Source: a virus | Reading direction: 5' to 3' (one strand) | Virus record (IMG/VR): IMGVR_UViG_3300037312_000927 | DNA: 64,000 bases | Part shown: piece after piece, positions 1 to 8,845 of the stretch | How positions within the stretch are numbered: the first letter of the stretch is position 1 | Layout of the letters: every line of letters begins with the position of its first letter | Translations under genes and position numbers: made by a program | The notes under the pieces: model-generated | Seen by the model: the letters and a program-made list of their open reading frames with translations, nothing else | Database searches by the model: none | What the model was told of the DNA's origin: nothing

Positions 1-61
1 CGACGATTTTACCCAGAGTTCCCCCGAATCCCGAGATTTTTTCGAGATATCGATTTTCCAT
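1..61 (-). CDS. 5' end of another NxYLEKI(A/S)-family protein (runs off the window)
   Basis: Minus strand from ATG at 61 reads MENRYLEKISGFGGTLGKIV; same leader as 7441-8118 and 17749-18192; directly follows the stop of 63-656. Not in the ORF track. Confidence 0.8.
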   Translation of the reverse strand, partial: MENRYLEKISGFGGTLGKIV

Positions 62-62
62 A

Positions 63-656
63 TTAACTAAACAGGAATTCTGTCAGAGGATCGGTTTTCG
101 GTCTAGCCATTCCAGAAGCACTACCCATGCTCCAAGGTTCATCCATTGCACTAGCAATCTTGCTCAGGAGGCCTTGGTCAACCTTTTGCAGTTCAGCTAA
201 ATCTTCATTGGTAAAGGCACCGACACTAGCAGCTTTAGCGATAGGCTCCGGTAGTTCGATTTCATTGATAGATCTAGCTTGCGCAGCTTTTTCCATCTGT
301 GCAGTCATTTCTTCTTTTAGGTGCTCGACTTCAGCTTCCAAAGCTTCGATATAATGGGCAGCCTTAGTCAGGAGATCAACACTGGGGTGAGCCTCTTCAA
401 CTTCAGGAGCGTAGGTTACTAGGTCTTTTAGGTTTACGCCGGCGGCCTTAACCATGGATACAGCTTGTTCAACATCGACGCCTGCTTGGACCATAGCTTC
501 CGTAGCAGCTTTTTCCATGAGGTGTTGGTCGACCATCGCACGTGCTTCGATTTCATTGTATCCAGCTTGTTTCAGATGCTCAACGGCGCCTTCAGTCGGA
601 GAGCTAAGACGAATATCTTCAGCTGCTTGTAATAGAACTTGTGATAGTTGTGACAT
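63..656 (-). CDS. Putative internal head/scaffold-like protein, K-x-A rich
   Basis: 197 aa, helical; LKQAG, MEKAAT, MVKAAG, LSKIAS; degenerate AGVDVEQAVSMVK module shared with neighbours. Confidence 0.6.
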   Translation of the reverse strand: MSQLSQVLLQAAEDIRLSSPTEGAVEHLKQAGYNEIEARAMVDQHLMEKAATEAMVQAGVDVEQAVSMVKAAGVNLKDLVTYAPEVEEAHPSVDLLTKAAHYIEALEAEVEHLKEEMTAQMEKAAQARSINEIELPEPIAKAASVGAFTNEDLAELQKVDQGLLSKIASAMDEPWSMGSASGMARPKTDPLTEFLFS

Positions 657-665
657 TATTATTCC

Positions 666-1661
666 TTATTTCTTTTTCTGAGTATTAATAACGTTAGCAA
701 GTCTGCCGTCGTTAATCTGATTTCTAATTGATTTTAGGCGACCATCATAGTTGCCTTTAACTGCACCTATAGCACCCCCTACTGCTACACCGCCAAGAGC
801 CCCGACCATAGCTCCTCCATCAGCACCTAGGTTAGGATTACTAAAGAACTTATGGACTCCCTTAGGATCGTGTTGAGCTATTACGTTTAGGAGCTGGCCA
901 GGCTTAACTCTCTGAGCGCCAGGCTTACTTGCGTTATATGCGAAAGCTGCGGCCTGGGCACCTTTATTAGCAATGAATCTACCTACACGTTCATTACCTA
1001 ATTTCTTACCAATCAGCTTACCTGCGTAAGCCCCTAAGGTTCCTGCGGCCAATCCGTATCCAGTCCCCTTAGCCAGGGCGGTAGAGGTAGCACGGGTTTC
1101 TTCGTTAAATGCACCTTTAAGGTCTCTGCCTGCAGCACCATGAGCAACGTATCTAGCTGCAGATGAAGTAGCTCCGGGCAAGAACGTAGAGGCGTAATCG
1201 GCAGCAGTATTTATCTTGGCAAGCCGAGTATCTTTAATACCCTTGATTTTATATTCCTGGACATTGCTGGCAATTTTTTCTAAGTATTTATTACCATCTT
1301 CAGCCTTCTTTTCAAGGGCCTTGTTTATTTTAATGGCAGCATAGTCCCCTAGAAGACTTACTCCTCCGCCGATAGCACCAACTTTAAGTCCCCGTTTGAA
1401 GCCGGAACTTCTAACAGTTTTTCCAATAGTGGATACTGGATTTTTAAGGAAGCCACCTAGTCTCTCTGCAATAGGCACTGCAGGTGCTTTTAGGGGACGT
1501 GCTCCGTTCAGACCAATCTTAGTTTGAATATGGTCTGATATAAGATTCGATCCTACCCCTACCGCACCGATAACTCCGGTATCACGCAGTTCTTTCTTGG
1601 TATCTTCTGCTTCCTTAACCATACTAATGTTGTGTTGTAGTTGTGTCAAATATTTATTCAT
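666..1661 (-). CDS. Putative virion internal/ejection protein with glycine-zipper helices
   Basis: 331 aa; MNKYL at the N-terminus and internal GNKYLEKIAS; several GxxxG hydrophobic segments. Confidence 0.6.
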   Translation of the reverse strand: MNKYLTQLQHNISMVKEAEDTKKELRDTGVIGAVGVGSNLISDHIQTKIGLNGARPLKAPAVPIAERLGGFLKNPVSTIGKTVRSSGFKRGLKVGAIGGGVSLLGDYAAIKINKALEKKAEDGNKYLEKIASNVQEYKIKGIKDTRLAKINTAADYASTFLPGATSSAARYVAHGAAGRDLKGAFNEETRATSTALAKGTGYGLAAGTLGAYAGKLIGKKLGNERVGRFIANKGAQAAAFAYNASKPGAQRVKPGQLLNVIAQHDPKGVHKFFSNPNLGADGGAMVGALGGVAVGGAIGAVKGNYDGRLKSIRNQINDGRLANVINTQKKK

Positions 1662-1681
1662 AAGTGTTCAGTGTGGTTAAG

Positions 1682-1704
1682 AAAACAGAGGGGCGAACCC
1701 CTCT
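1682..1704 (-). terminator. Rho-independent terminator
   Basis: AGAGGGG-cgaa-CCCCTCT stem; followed by GTTTT on the minus strand. Confidence 0.6.
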
Positions 1705-1717
1705 ATCTTTAATGATT

Positions 1718-2527
1718 TTAATCGCCGTACAGTTCCTGGGCTTTGGAATCTACAAGATCAACTGCAGTATCAAAGTCAATACCCTTATCGACCAGTGAAT
1801 TAACCGCTGCCTGCTTCTCTTGATGAATGGCATCATGAATTCTTTTAGCTTTGGCGATCTCTTCCGCTTCATCTTTTGCACGGGTTTTTTGACCGTATTT
1901 ATGAGCTCCGTAGATGCCTGCGACAGAAGCTAGTGCCGCTACGCCCGGATGTACTCTGTGCTGCAACATTTGACCGTTGATCACGTCACCAACCAGTCCG
2001 ATACCCGCCCCACCCCAACGGTGATCTTTACCCCCGGCAACTGCTCCACCGATAGTGCCCCAGAGTGCTACTTTCTCCATTACCAAATCAGCGGCGGTTT
2101 CAAAGTCCACACCTTGATCGATCAACATATTGACAGCGTGTGCTGCCTTTTCTTGATATTTCTTTTCCATTGCTTTTCCTTGCCTATGATATGAATGCAG
2201 TTTACCGGCCTCGTGCCCGATTAGGTAGGAACCTAGCCCTGTGCCAATGGCAAATTTGTGAGCCCTAGTTATGTTCGTGGCTCCATGATTCAACGCTCTC
2301 TGAGCTAGGGCCTTAGCGCCTTTAAAGCCCAACGCCCCCGCTGCAATTCCGGTGACAGCACCTTCTGCATGTGCCTTGAGAGAAGAGCCGATATCCCTCC
2401 CAACATCACCCCAGAATGTATCTTTAGGCCCACGTTGTCCATGTTTTTTAGCTATCTTACGCTCTACCTCGGAGGCACCTTCCGACCATATTTTGAAGGC
2501 ATGTGTAGCTTTCTTTTCTATTGTCAT
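1718..2527 (-). CDS. Putative virion internal protein with glycine zippers and two G(V/I)DF modules
   Basis: 269 aa; AVNMLIDQGVDFETAADLV and AVNSLVDKGIDFDTAVDLV; GxxxG segments; K-x-A motifs. Confidence 0.6.
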   Translation of the reverse strand: MTIEKKATHAFKIWSEGASEVERKIAKKHGQRGPKDTFWGDVGRDIGSSLKAHAEGAVTGIAAGALGFKGAKALAQRALNHGATNITRAHKFAIGTGLGSYLIGHEAGKLHSYHRQGKAMEKKYQEKAAHAVNMLIDQGVDFETAADLVMEKVALWGTIGGAVAGGKDHRWGGAGIGLVGDVINGQMLQHRVHPGVAALASVAGIYGAHKYGQKTRAKDEAEEIAKAKRIHDAIHQEKQAAVNSLVDKGIDFDTAVDLVDSKAQELYGD

Positions 2528-2544
2528 TATAATTCCTAACGTAC

Positions 2545-2574
2545 AAAAAAATAAAGCCTTTATTTCTAAAGGCT
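2545..2574 (-). terminator. Rho-independent terminator after 2618-3643
   Basis: AGCCTTTA/TAAAGGCT stem followed by a T-run on the minus strand. Confidence 0.65.
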
Positions 2575-2617
2575 CTATTTCATAGTCTATATCACCTTAA
2601 AAGGTTGACTAGTTAAA

Positions 2618-3643
2618 TTACATTTGTGAGACGTAGGCTACGGCTTCATCGAAGTCAATACCGTTTTCGATCAGGGCATCCAGAGCAGCTTTCTTCTCTT
2701 GACCTTTCTTATAGGCATAACCTGCGGCACCGGCAGTACCAGCAGCAGCGGCACCGATCGCTACTTTTTTACCCATGCTCATACCTTTTTTACCTGCAAC
2801 AGCAGCGGCACGTCCGCCAACTGAAGTCAGGGCACCTGCTTGCTTAACCATGGCAACAGCTAGGTCGAAATCAACGCCTTGGTCCAGCAGTTCGTTGAAA
2901 GCAGCTTGCTTGATCTGAGCTTCTTCTTCAGCTTCGATCTCTGCGCTAGCAGCTTTAACCATGTCGATAGCAGTGTCGAAATCGATACCGCTGTTAACCA
3001 GGGCAACTGCAGCAGCCATTTTCTCTTGGCTTTCGTCAACTTGGACTTGAGCCGGAGCTTGGTTATTGATAGCGCCTTCAGCCGAAGTCGAAGGGGTTTG
3101 GGCGATGGTAGCAGCATTAGTGCGAGCTTGTGCATCAGCGACGATTGCATCAAAGATCTCATTGATAGTACCGCCATTACCTTTACCGTCAGTACCCGGA
3201 GTAGGCTGGAACGAGTTGTTATGCTCGGCTACTTGTTGAGCCAAGTCAACTTGAGTCTTGTTAGGAACAACACCAGCCGGGATGCCGTTCTCAGTAATGA
3301 CGTCGCCAACACCAGCCAGCTTAGTCAGAAGTGCTTGTGCCAGAGCTTTACCGGCGTCAGATGCTTGTTTGTTCATTCCTGTATCCTTGTTAGTTTGTTC
3401 GATTTTAGTTGATGCTACTTTTTCCATGATTTCTTTGGCGAGGTCCGATCCAGTTTTGAAAGATGCCGACTTTTCTTGTTCGCCTTCTTTCTTTTCCTTC
3501 TCTTCTTTTTTATCTTCTTTCTTGTCCTCGTCCTTCTTACCTTCGTCGTCGTCTTTCTTCTTAGCCTTATCTTCATCAGATTCCGGCACGAAGCCCGCCT
3601 GCTTTTCCAGGTCGGCTACCAGACTTTCGAGTGTCAGTCCCAT
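2618..3643 (-). CDS. Putative major core/scaffold head protein
   Basis: 341 aa, immediately downstream of the protease; K/D/E tract, about ten K-x-A motifs, three G(I/V)DFD modules; own terminator. Confidence 0.55.
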   Translation of the reverse strand: MGLTLESLVADLEKQAGFVPESDEDKAKKKDDDEGKKDEDKKEDKKEEKEKKEGEQEKSASFKTGSDLAKEIMEKVASTKIEQTNKDTGMNKQASDAGKALAQALLTKLAGVGDVITENGIPAGVVPNKTQVDLAQQVAEHNNSFQPTPGTDGKGNGGTINEIFDAIVADAQARTNAATIAQTPSTSAEGAINNQAPAQVQVDESQEKMAAAVALVNSGIDFDTAIDMVKAASAEIEAEEEAQIKQAAFNELLDQGVDFDLAVAMVKQAGALTSVGGRAAAVAGKKGMSMGKKVAIGAAAAGTAGAAGYAYKKGQEKKAALDALIENGIDFDEAVAYVSQM

Positions 3644-3713
3644 TGCATATCCTTTATTTTATTAAATTTTAGGCAAAGTAAATTTTACCTAGGTCCAAAT
3701 TCGTTGTCAAATC

Positions 3714-5204
3714 CTATTTCTGAGTAATCACTCTAGCCATGTCAGCCTGTGCCAGTTTATAGGACACCTTTAGATCTGAGGCAGATTTAACTAAATGTAT
3801 TTTAGCATCATAAGTACGAGTTGGCTCTACCTGTTTCATTTTTTGTTCAAGTGCACGGGTAATATACCATTTAGCAGCCAGAGCTGAAGCACCTATAGCC
3901 ATAATGATTTGAAGAGTTTTATATAAACCTTGCTTACCTGTCTCTTCAGGAAGATTTTTTTCACGGAATAACTCATAAGCCGTAGGTTCAATCTTAGGGC
4001 CGTTCCCTACATACCCGACATTAGTTGCTTCCATGTATGCCCTCTTCTCTACGTACTCTGGAAGAAGACTACTAGTAGACACATAGGGCATTAAAAGATG
4101 AGCGATGGTATGAGAGGAATCCCCTTCTACAGCTTCATCACTAGGCAATTCTAAATGGCCAGCACCTACATGGGATACTGTATTTGCAGCGAGAACACCA
4201 ATTCCTCTAGCCATTTCACCTAAGGTTTTTCTACCTATGAGTTCTGCCAGGAAGGTAATACTGGGACTGATGCCTAGATCCGCAAGAGTATTGTAAATTT
4301 CCGTCAGCTTAAAGTTAACCAAAATATCAATCAACTTGTGATCAGGATCACTTACTTTGGCCAGTAAAGGTTCCAAGGAATTAGAAACATCGAGTACAAC
4401 GCCGCCTTCAATCTCCTTAATGAATTCAGATAGCTTTTGAATAGCCGCTTCTTTAACTACGCCTTCTTCCAGTAATCCTTCAGCAGCAGCACTATCAGCA
4501 GAACCTATGATAGGGTCTACGGAAAATCCTTGTTGAGATGCTACTTTTTGAAGTACAGAACTTGTAACGTCTGCGGGACGAACCACGATAGACATATCGA
4601 AGAACTTTAAGGGAGCAATGTTGAGAGCTGCTACTTTACGCCCATCAGGGTAAACCTTTCCCAGCTCATTGTTTAAGTGGCTACAATACTCTTGACGAGT
4701 ATGCGCTTCGTTACCACAAATAGAACAGACGTCATATGGGGTTTTACAAGCCATCGAAGTTGCAGGAAAATCTCCACGTTCGATACGTTCTACAACGTCT
4801 GGGGCTTTGTCTTTCTCGATATAAGCAACCACCTCTACACGATGCATACGGTGATTATAAATCGAGAAGATGACTTTGCCAATAGCAATGGCCGGATCCT
4901 TATTTACGTGGTTGCGGAAAATATGAGCCGGGCTAGTTTCAAAGGTTTTATGGCACTCGATAAGGTTAGATTCGGGGAAATAGTCTGCGTTCCTATTGGC
5001 ACCGTAGTATTCCCCGGCACCCATTGCCAGTATGTGTACGAAGATCTTGTCAGGCTCTGGAGTAATCTTTGAGATGAACTCTTGGACTCTGGAATCCGCC
5101 GCCTGCTTAACTAGACCCTTAGTATTTCCAATATCCAAAATTGAGATTGTAGCCTCGTCCGGGCTAAAAAAAGAACTAGAGTCCACTAATTTTATCAGTG
5201 ACAT
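3714..5204 (-). CDS. Putative prohead (capsid maturation) protease with Zn-finger insertion
   Basis: 496 aa; HIF-x-NH, SMACK, CSICGN...YCSHL, FFDMSIVVRPAD pattern typical of phage prohead proteases; located in the head module. Confidence 0.6.
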   Translation of the reverse strand: MSLIKLVDSSSFFSPDEATISILDIGNTKGLVKQAADSRVQEFISKITPEPDKIFVHILAMGAGEYYGANRNADYFPESNLIECHKTFETSPAHIFRNHVNKDPAIAIGKVIFSIYNHRMHRVEVVAYIEKDKAPDVVERIERGDFPATSMACKTPYDVCSICGNEAHTRQEYCSHLNNELGKVYPDGRKVAALNIAPLKFFDMSIVVRPADVTSSVLQKVASQQGFSVDPIIGSADSAAAEGLLEEGVVKEAAIQKLSEFIKEIEGGVVLDVSNSLEPLLAKVSDPDHKLIDILVNFKLTEIYNTLADLGISPSITFLAELIGRKTLGEMARGIGVLAANTVSHVGAGHLELPSDEAVEGDSSHTIAHLLMPYVSTSSLLPEYVEKRAYMEATNVGYVGNGPKIEPTAYELFREKNLPEETGKQGLYKTLQIIMAIGASALAAKWYITRALEQKMKQVEPTRTYDAKIHLVKSASDLKVSYKLAQADMARVITQK

Positions 5205-5207
5205 TAT

Positions 5208-5684
5208 TTATCCTAAATCATTTGCAGGGATAACTGCGGCATTTCTAAGGTTTCTATTGATGGATTGCAATGTTTTAAGGCTACGTTCTTCCAATGATGA
5301 ATGATGTTTCTTAAGTACTCTGTCATCATAAACGTTTTTAAGTTTACCAGCACCAATCAGCATACCTCCACCGATACCTAGCTGTGTAAGAGGCTCTGCT
5401 TCTTTAACATTTTTAAGTAGACGTGTGCCCCAGGATTTAACTGAGGACATACTTGCTATCTTTTCTAAATAAACATTACTCGCCAATTTGGATATCCCTC
5501 CCCCACTACCTACACCGGTGTTACCCTGGCCGTTATCTTTATCTTCAGTTTGGTTGTACTGATACTGACTATTAAGATTACCGGTTACGTATCTATTATC
5601 AGGGATTTCTGTAGCGTAGGCCCCCTGAGGAGACCTACTATCAGCGGCCCTGATCTTTGTAAATATATCTTCTTTTTTAATCAT
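5208..5684 (-). CDS. NxYLEKIA-family virion protein
   Basis: 158 aa; SNVYLEKIASM, Gly-rich hydrophobic segment. Confidence 0.6.
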   Translation of the reverse strand: MIKKEDIFTKIRAADSRSPQGAYATEIPDNRYVTGNLNSQYQYNQTEDKDNGQGNTGVGSGGGISKLASNVYLEKIASMSSVKSWGTRLLKNVKEAEPLTQLGIGGGMLIGAGKLKNVYDDRVLKKHHSSLEERSLKTLQSINRNLRNAAVIPANDLG

Positions 5685-5698
5685 GCCGCTATTCTACC

Positions 5699-6268
5699 TT
5701 AGGTGTACGACTTCGGGTTAAACGTAGTATTACCAGAGTAACGGGCTTCGATGTCCGTCAGCATCTTGATGGTGTCAGGATAGATACCCTCGCCGTGGAT
5801 AGCGTTAGCAAGAACCGAACTCAGGATGTTAGCATCGGTAGCGATGTTAGGAGCGAATTTGAAAATCGTTTCAGCGTAACGGAGAACTTTTTCCCTGTCT
5901 TCTTGAGCCAGGATACGATTGGTTTTGTATGCTTGTTCCAAGGCTTGCAGGAATTTGCTATGCAGAGCCATGTTCTTAGCGACGTTGAACATCGAACCGG
6001 CAGCGGTAGCACCCAGACCCACAGCCAGGCTACCCAGGCCTTGACCCATGGAGTTACCAACGCCACGGGCAATGGTATGGCCCATGGTTTCCGGTGGGCG
6101 TACATTACCTTGTGTAGTGCCCGCACTAGTATGGGCGTTCAAGAATGATTTCAGGACATCATTTGCAGAGGCTTCTTTCATGAACCCGTCAATGAAAGCT
6201 TCGCAAGCTTCTTGATCACCTGCAAACTTCTCCATGGCGTATTCTACGATTTTTTCGTTGTAATTCAT
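5699..6268 (-). CDS. Hypothetical virion protein with glycine zipper
   Basis: 189 aa; MEKFA, FMKEAS, GLGSLAVGLGATAAG. Confidence 0.6.
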   Translation of the reverse strand: MNYNEKIVEYAMEKFAGDQEACEAFIDGFMKEASANDVLKSFLNAHTSAGTTQGNVRPPETMGHTIARGVGNSMGQGLGSLAVGLGATAAGSMFNVAKNMALHSKFLQALEQAYKTNRILAQEDREKVLRYAETIFKFAPNIATDANILSSVLANAIHGEGIYPDTIKMLTDIEARYSGNTTFNPKSYT

Positions 6269-6283
6269 TGTTATTTTCCTAAA

Positions 6284-7366
6284 TTAAATATTGGGTTCAC
6301 GTTGAAGTGAAGTCCACACATCTTTACTCCTGCCGGTCGTCTTATCTACGCCAGGACTGTACATAACTGCATCTCCTGCTACGGCAGCTGCACCCATTGC
6401 GGCGGTGCCTAAAGTTAGGCTACGGGCCGGGAGCTTTGCTGGGATAGGTTTAGGGGCCTCTCCTGCCATGTTTCTGAAAACGTTACCCATCTGGGTAGTT
6501 TTTCTCTGTGCAAAGTTAGTAGCGTTATTCACAGTAGGAGCGCCGATTTTACCTACAGCTTTGGCAGCCATAGCAGCAGTGCTACCAATAACTCGTCCGA
6601 TGCCGGATCCAATTGCACCGATGAATGCTTCTTTCAGAAGTTCAGCCTTTTTATCAAGGGCTTCACGGGATTTAATTTCCGCTACCAGAGCCTCGGCTTG
6701 TTTCAGCATTCCTACCAGAGTTTTAGCCTCCTTAAGATCAGCTTCCTTGAAAATTCCGTCATCGGTATATTTCTGAGGAACACCATAAACTAATGCTGTC
6801 ACTTTGTCAAATTCAGTGCCGTTAGTTACAGTAGCCAGTTTCTCAAGACCTTGAGAATCCTTACGGAAATCACTAGCTGCTTTTAGCAGTTCAGGTCCGA
6901 GATGCATCTCTCTGTCCTTCAGTTCACCAAGCTCTCTCTTATTTTGAGCAGCCATTTTGATGAAGTAGACTTGTTTCTCTGCGTCGTTAAGTTCTGGTTC
7001 TGAAGAGGTTTCGGAAGCTGCCTTCTCAAGGGCTACTTCTTTACCACGTACGAAACCGAAAATATCAGTTCCAGGAGTTTCAACTGAGGCCGACTTAGTG
7101 ATAGTATCAGGGATCGACAGAGTTTCCATAACCTCTGCGTACTTGCAAAGAGGGAACTCCACCGTTCTGTCATCAGCCAGACTTAGAACTTTCAGGTACG
7201 CAATCGAGTTAGTGGCTTCGACAGCTCTGTGGATTTGTTCCGAGTTTAGATTTAGATCACTAGCGTACTTAGCCAAACCGTCACTTAATGGAACTTTGCC
7301 ATTAAGAAAGTTTTCTACAGTCTTAATGGAAATATCTCTAATTTGATCTGAGGTTATGAATGGCAT
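6284..7366 (-). CDS. Hypothetical head protein, K-x-A rich
   Basis: 360 aa; about nine K-x-A motifs; C-terminal Gly/Ala-rich hydrophobic helices. Confidence 0.6.
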   Translation of the reverse strand: MPFITSDQIRDISIKTVENFLNGKVPLSDGLAKYASDLNLNSEQIHRAVEATNSIAYLKVLSLADDRTVEFPLCKYAEVMETLSIPDTITKSASVETPGTDIFGFVRGKEVALEKAASETSSEPELNDAEKQVYFIKMAAQNKRELGELKDREMHLGPELLKAASDFRKDSQGLEKLATVTNGTEFDKVTALVYGVPQKYTDDGIFKEADLKEAKTLVGMLKQAEALVAEIKSREALDKKAELLKEAFIGAIGSGIGRVIGSTAAMAAKAVGKIGAPTVNNATNFAQRKTTQMGNVFRNMAGEAPKPIPAKLPARSLTLGTAAMGAAAVAGDAVMYSPGVDKTTGRSKDVWTSLQREPNI

Positions 7367-7386
7367 ATTGTCTATTCTTATGTTAT

Positions 7387-7419
7387 AAAAGCGAACTCTA
7401 GATATACTAGGTTCGCTTT
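7387..7419 (-). terminator. Terminator-like hairpin
   Basis: AAAGCGAAC...GTTCGCTTT inverted repeat between genes. Confidence 0.5.
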
Positions 7420-7440
7420 GTTTATTTTAACGTCGTGTTA

Positions 7441-8118
7441 TCAGAGGGGGTAATCGTCTTTTAGTTTTGAATGAGCTCGACTTAATGCATGTGCAAGTAA
7501 CGCTCCTCCACCTACTAACATTGCAGCACCTTTGCCAGCCCTGGTCCTGCCTGCGGAATTACCGTAGTAACTTTCTAAGTGGCGTTTCTTAAGAAATGCA
7601 AATGCCCCTTTGCTACCTTTACCCCCTGCTACGAATTGAGGTTTGATATCGTGGGTAGTAGTAGCGGCGGTATCCTTAGATCCGAACGCTCCTGCAACGT
7701 CGTCGTCCCTCTTGAAGCTCTTCCACATTTTATCGCTGACCCGTGCCTTGACCATACCTGGTTGGGTATTTCGTCTAGCAGCTTGGAATCCAGCGAATTG
7801 TCCAGCTACAAATGGGTTTTTAGTAACGTGAATCTTACCCTTACTTCTCTCTGTGAACACTTCCTTGGACGTCTTCGAGGGATGAGCACTACTTGCCCCG
7901 TGCGCCCCTCCACCGTGCTTAGTTTTAAAGCCCTCCTTACGGATAGCCTCGGCATTAGCCTTGCTGGTCCCATGATAGACCGTGTGATATCCCAGGAGTC
8001 TTTGAGGAGCCCCCTTTGCTAACCCGGCACCTACAGCTCCTTCAATGGCCATATTGCCGTATTTGTCGTCGCCTGTAGCGGCGGCGATCTTTTCTAAATA
8101 TTTATTCATCTTTGTCAT
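7441..8118 (-). CDS. NKYLEKIA-leader protein with an ADP-ribosyltransferase-like (His-type) domain
   Basis: MNKYLEKIAA (likely start 8109); YHGT-x5-AIRKEGF, GKIHVT-x5-A-x2-FA, GMVKARV, DIKPQFV match the ART/Tpt1-like fold pattern; flanked by Gly-rich hydrophobic helices. Confidence 0.6.
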   Translation of the reverse strand: MTKMNKYLEKIAAATGDDKYGNMAIEGAVGAGLAKGAPQRLLGYHTVYHGTSKANAEAIRKEGFKTKHGGGAHGASSAHPSKTSKEVFTERSKGKIHVTKNPFVAGQFAGFQAARRNTQPGMVKARVSDKMWKSFKRDDDVAGAFGSKDTAATTTHDIKPQFVAGGKGSKGAFAFLKKRHLESYYGNSAGRTRAGKGAAMLVGGGALLAHALSRAHSKLKDDYPL

Positions 8119-8842
8119 TCTCAGAAAACATGTCGTCCAAGCTCATGGTACTTAGCGACGGCAACTCATCGGACGCTTCTAAGTTTGTACCCTTGTTCAT
8201 TTTTTCGATATCTTCTTCCAAAGTATCAAGTCCGGTGAATGAAGGGTTAACACTACGAAGTGCGATCTCGATATCGTGTTTTGCTGCAGCAGAGTCCAGA
8301 ATCCACACTTTCAACAGGCGTGCGAGGTCCATAGCAAGTTTGATGTATTTTGTACTCTCTTTACTTGCTTCGGTAGCATTGCCATTGAACATGGCTTCTT
8401 TACTTTTATATATGCAGGTAGTAAACAGATCTTGGAGTCCTTCGACGGGACTGATATCGACCTGATTACCAATACGCCAAGAGATGAAATTAAGGCCCTG
8501 ACTCAAGGACCACATCTTCAAAGTTCTCTCAGCAGGGTCGGAAACATTCATCAGATCCATTTTAGACAAGCGGTCCAGATCTGTGACGTTATAATAGACG
8601 TCCCTATACATGGTAACCACCTCTACCGGAATTTCCAGTAGGGTGGCTATCTTGTCTAGTTCTTTTGATGCCAGAAGAGACGATTCTAGGTATTGTCTCT
8701 TCAGCGTATGGTTGAAGATTTTTTGAGCTTTGGCGAAAATTACTGCCTCTGCACTGTCATCACTGGCTAATATTTTATCGACCAGGTCATCAGCGCCGAG
8801 AGTTTTCTTTCGTATTAAGATGGCTCTGGCGTTTACAGTCAT
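8102..8842 (-). CDS. Hypothetical protein
   Basis: 246 aa ORF tightly packed in the operon. Confidence 0.7.
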   Translation of the reverse strand: MTVNARAILIRKKTLGADDLVDKILASDDSAEAVIFAKAQKIFNHTLKRQYLESSLLASKELDKIATLLEIPVEVVTMYRDVYYNVTDLDRLSKMDLMNVSDPAERTLKMWSLSQGLNFISWRIGNQVDISPVEGLQDLFTTCIYKSKEAMFNGNATEASKESTKYIKLAMDLARLLKVWILDSAAAKHDIEIALRSVNPSFTGLDTLEEDIEKMNKGTNLEASDELPSLSTMSLDDMFSENDKDE

Positions 8843-8845
8843 AGG

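Noticed and set aside
3480-3570. Low-complexity purine-rich repeat (minus strand)
   Set aside because: It simply encodes the K/D/E-rich tract of 2618-3643; it is not an independent repeat element
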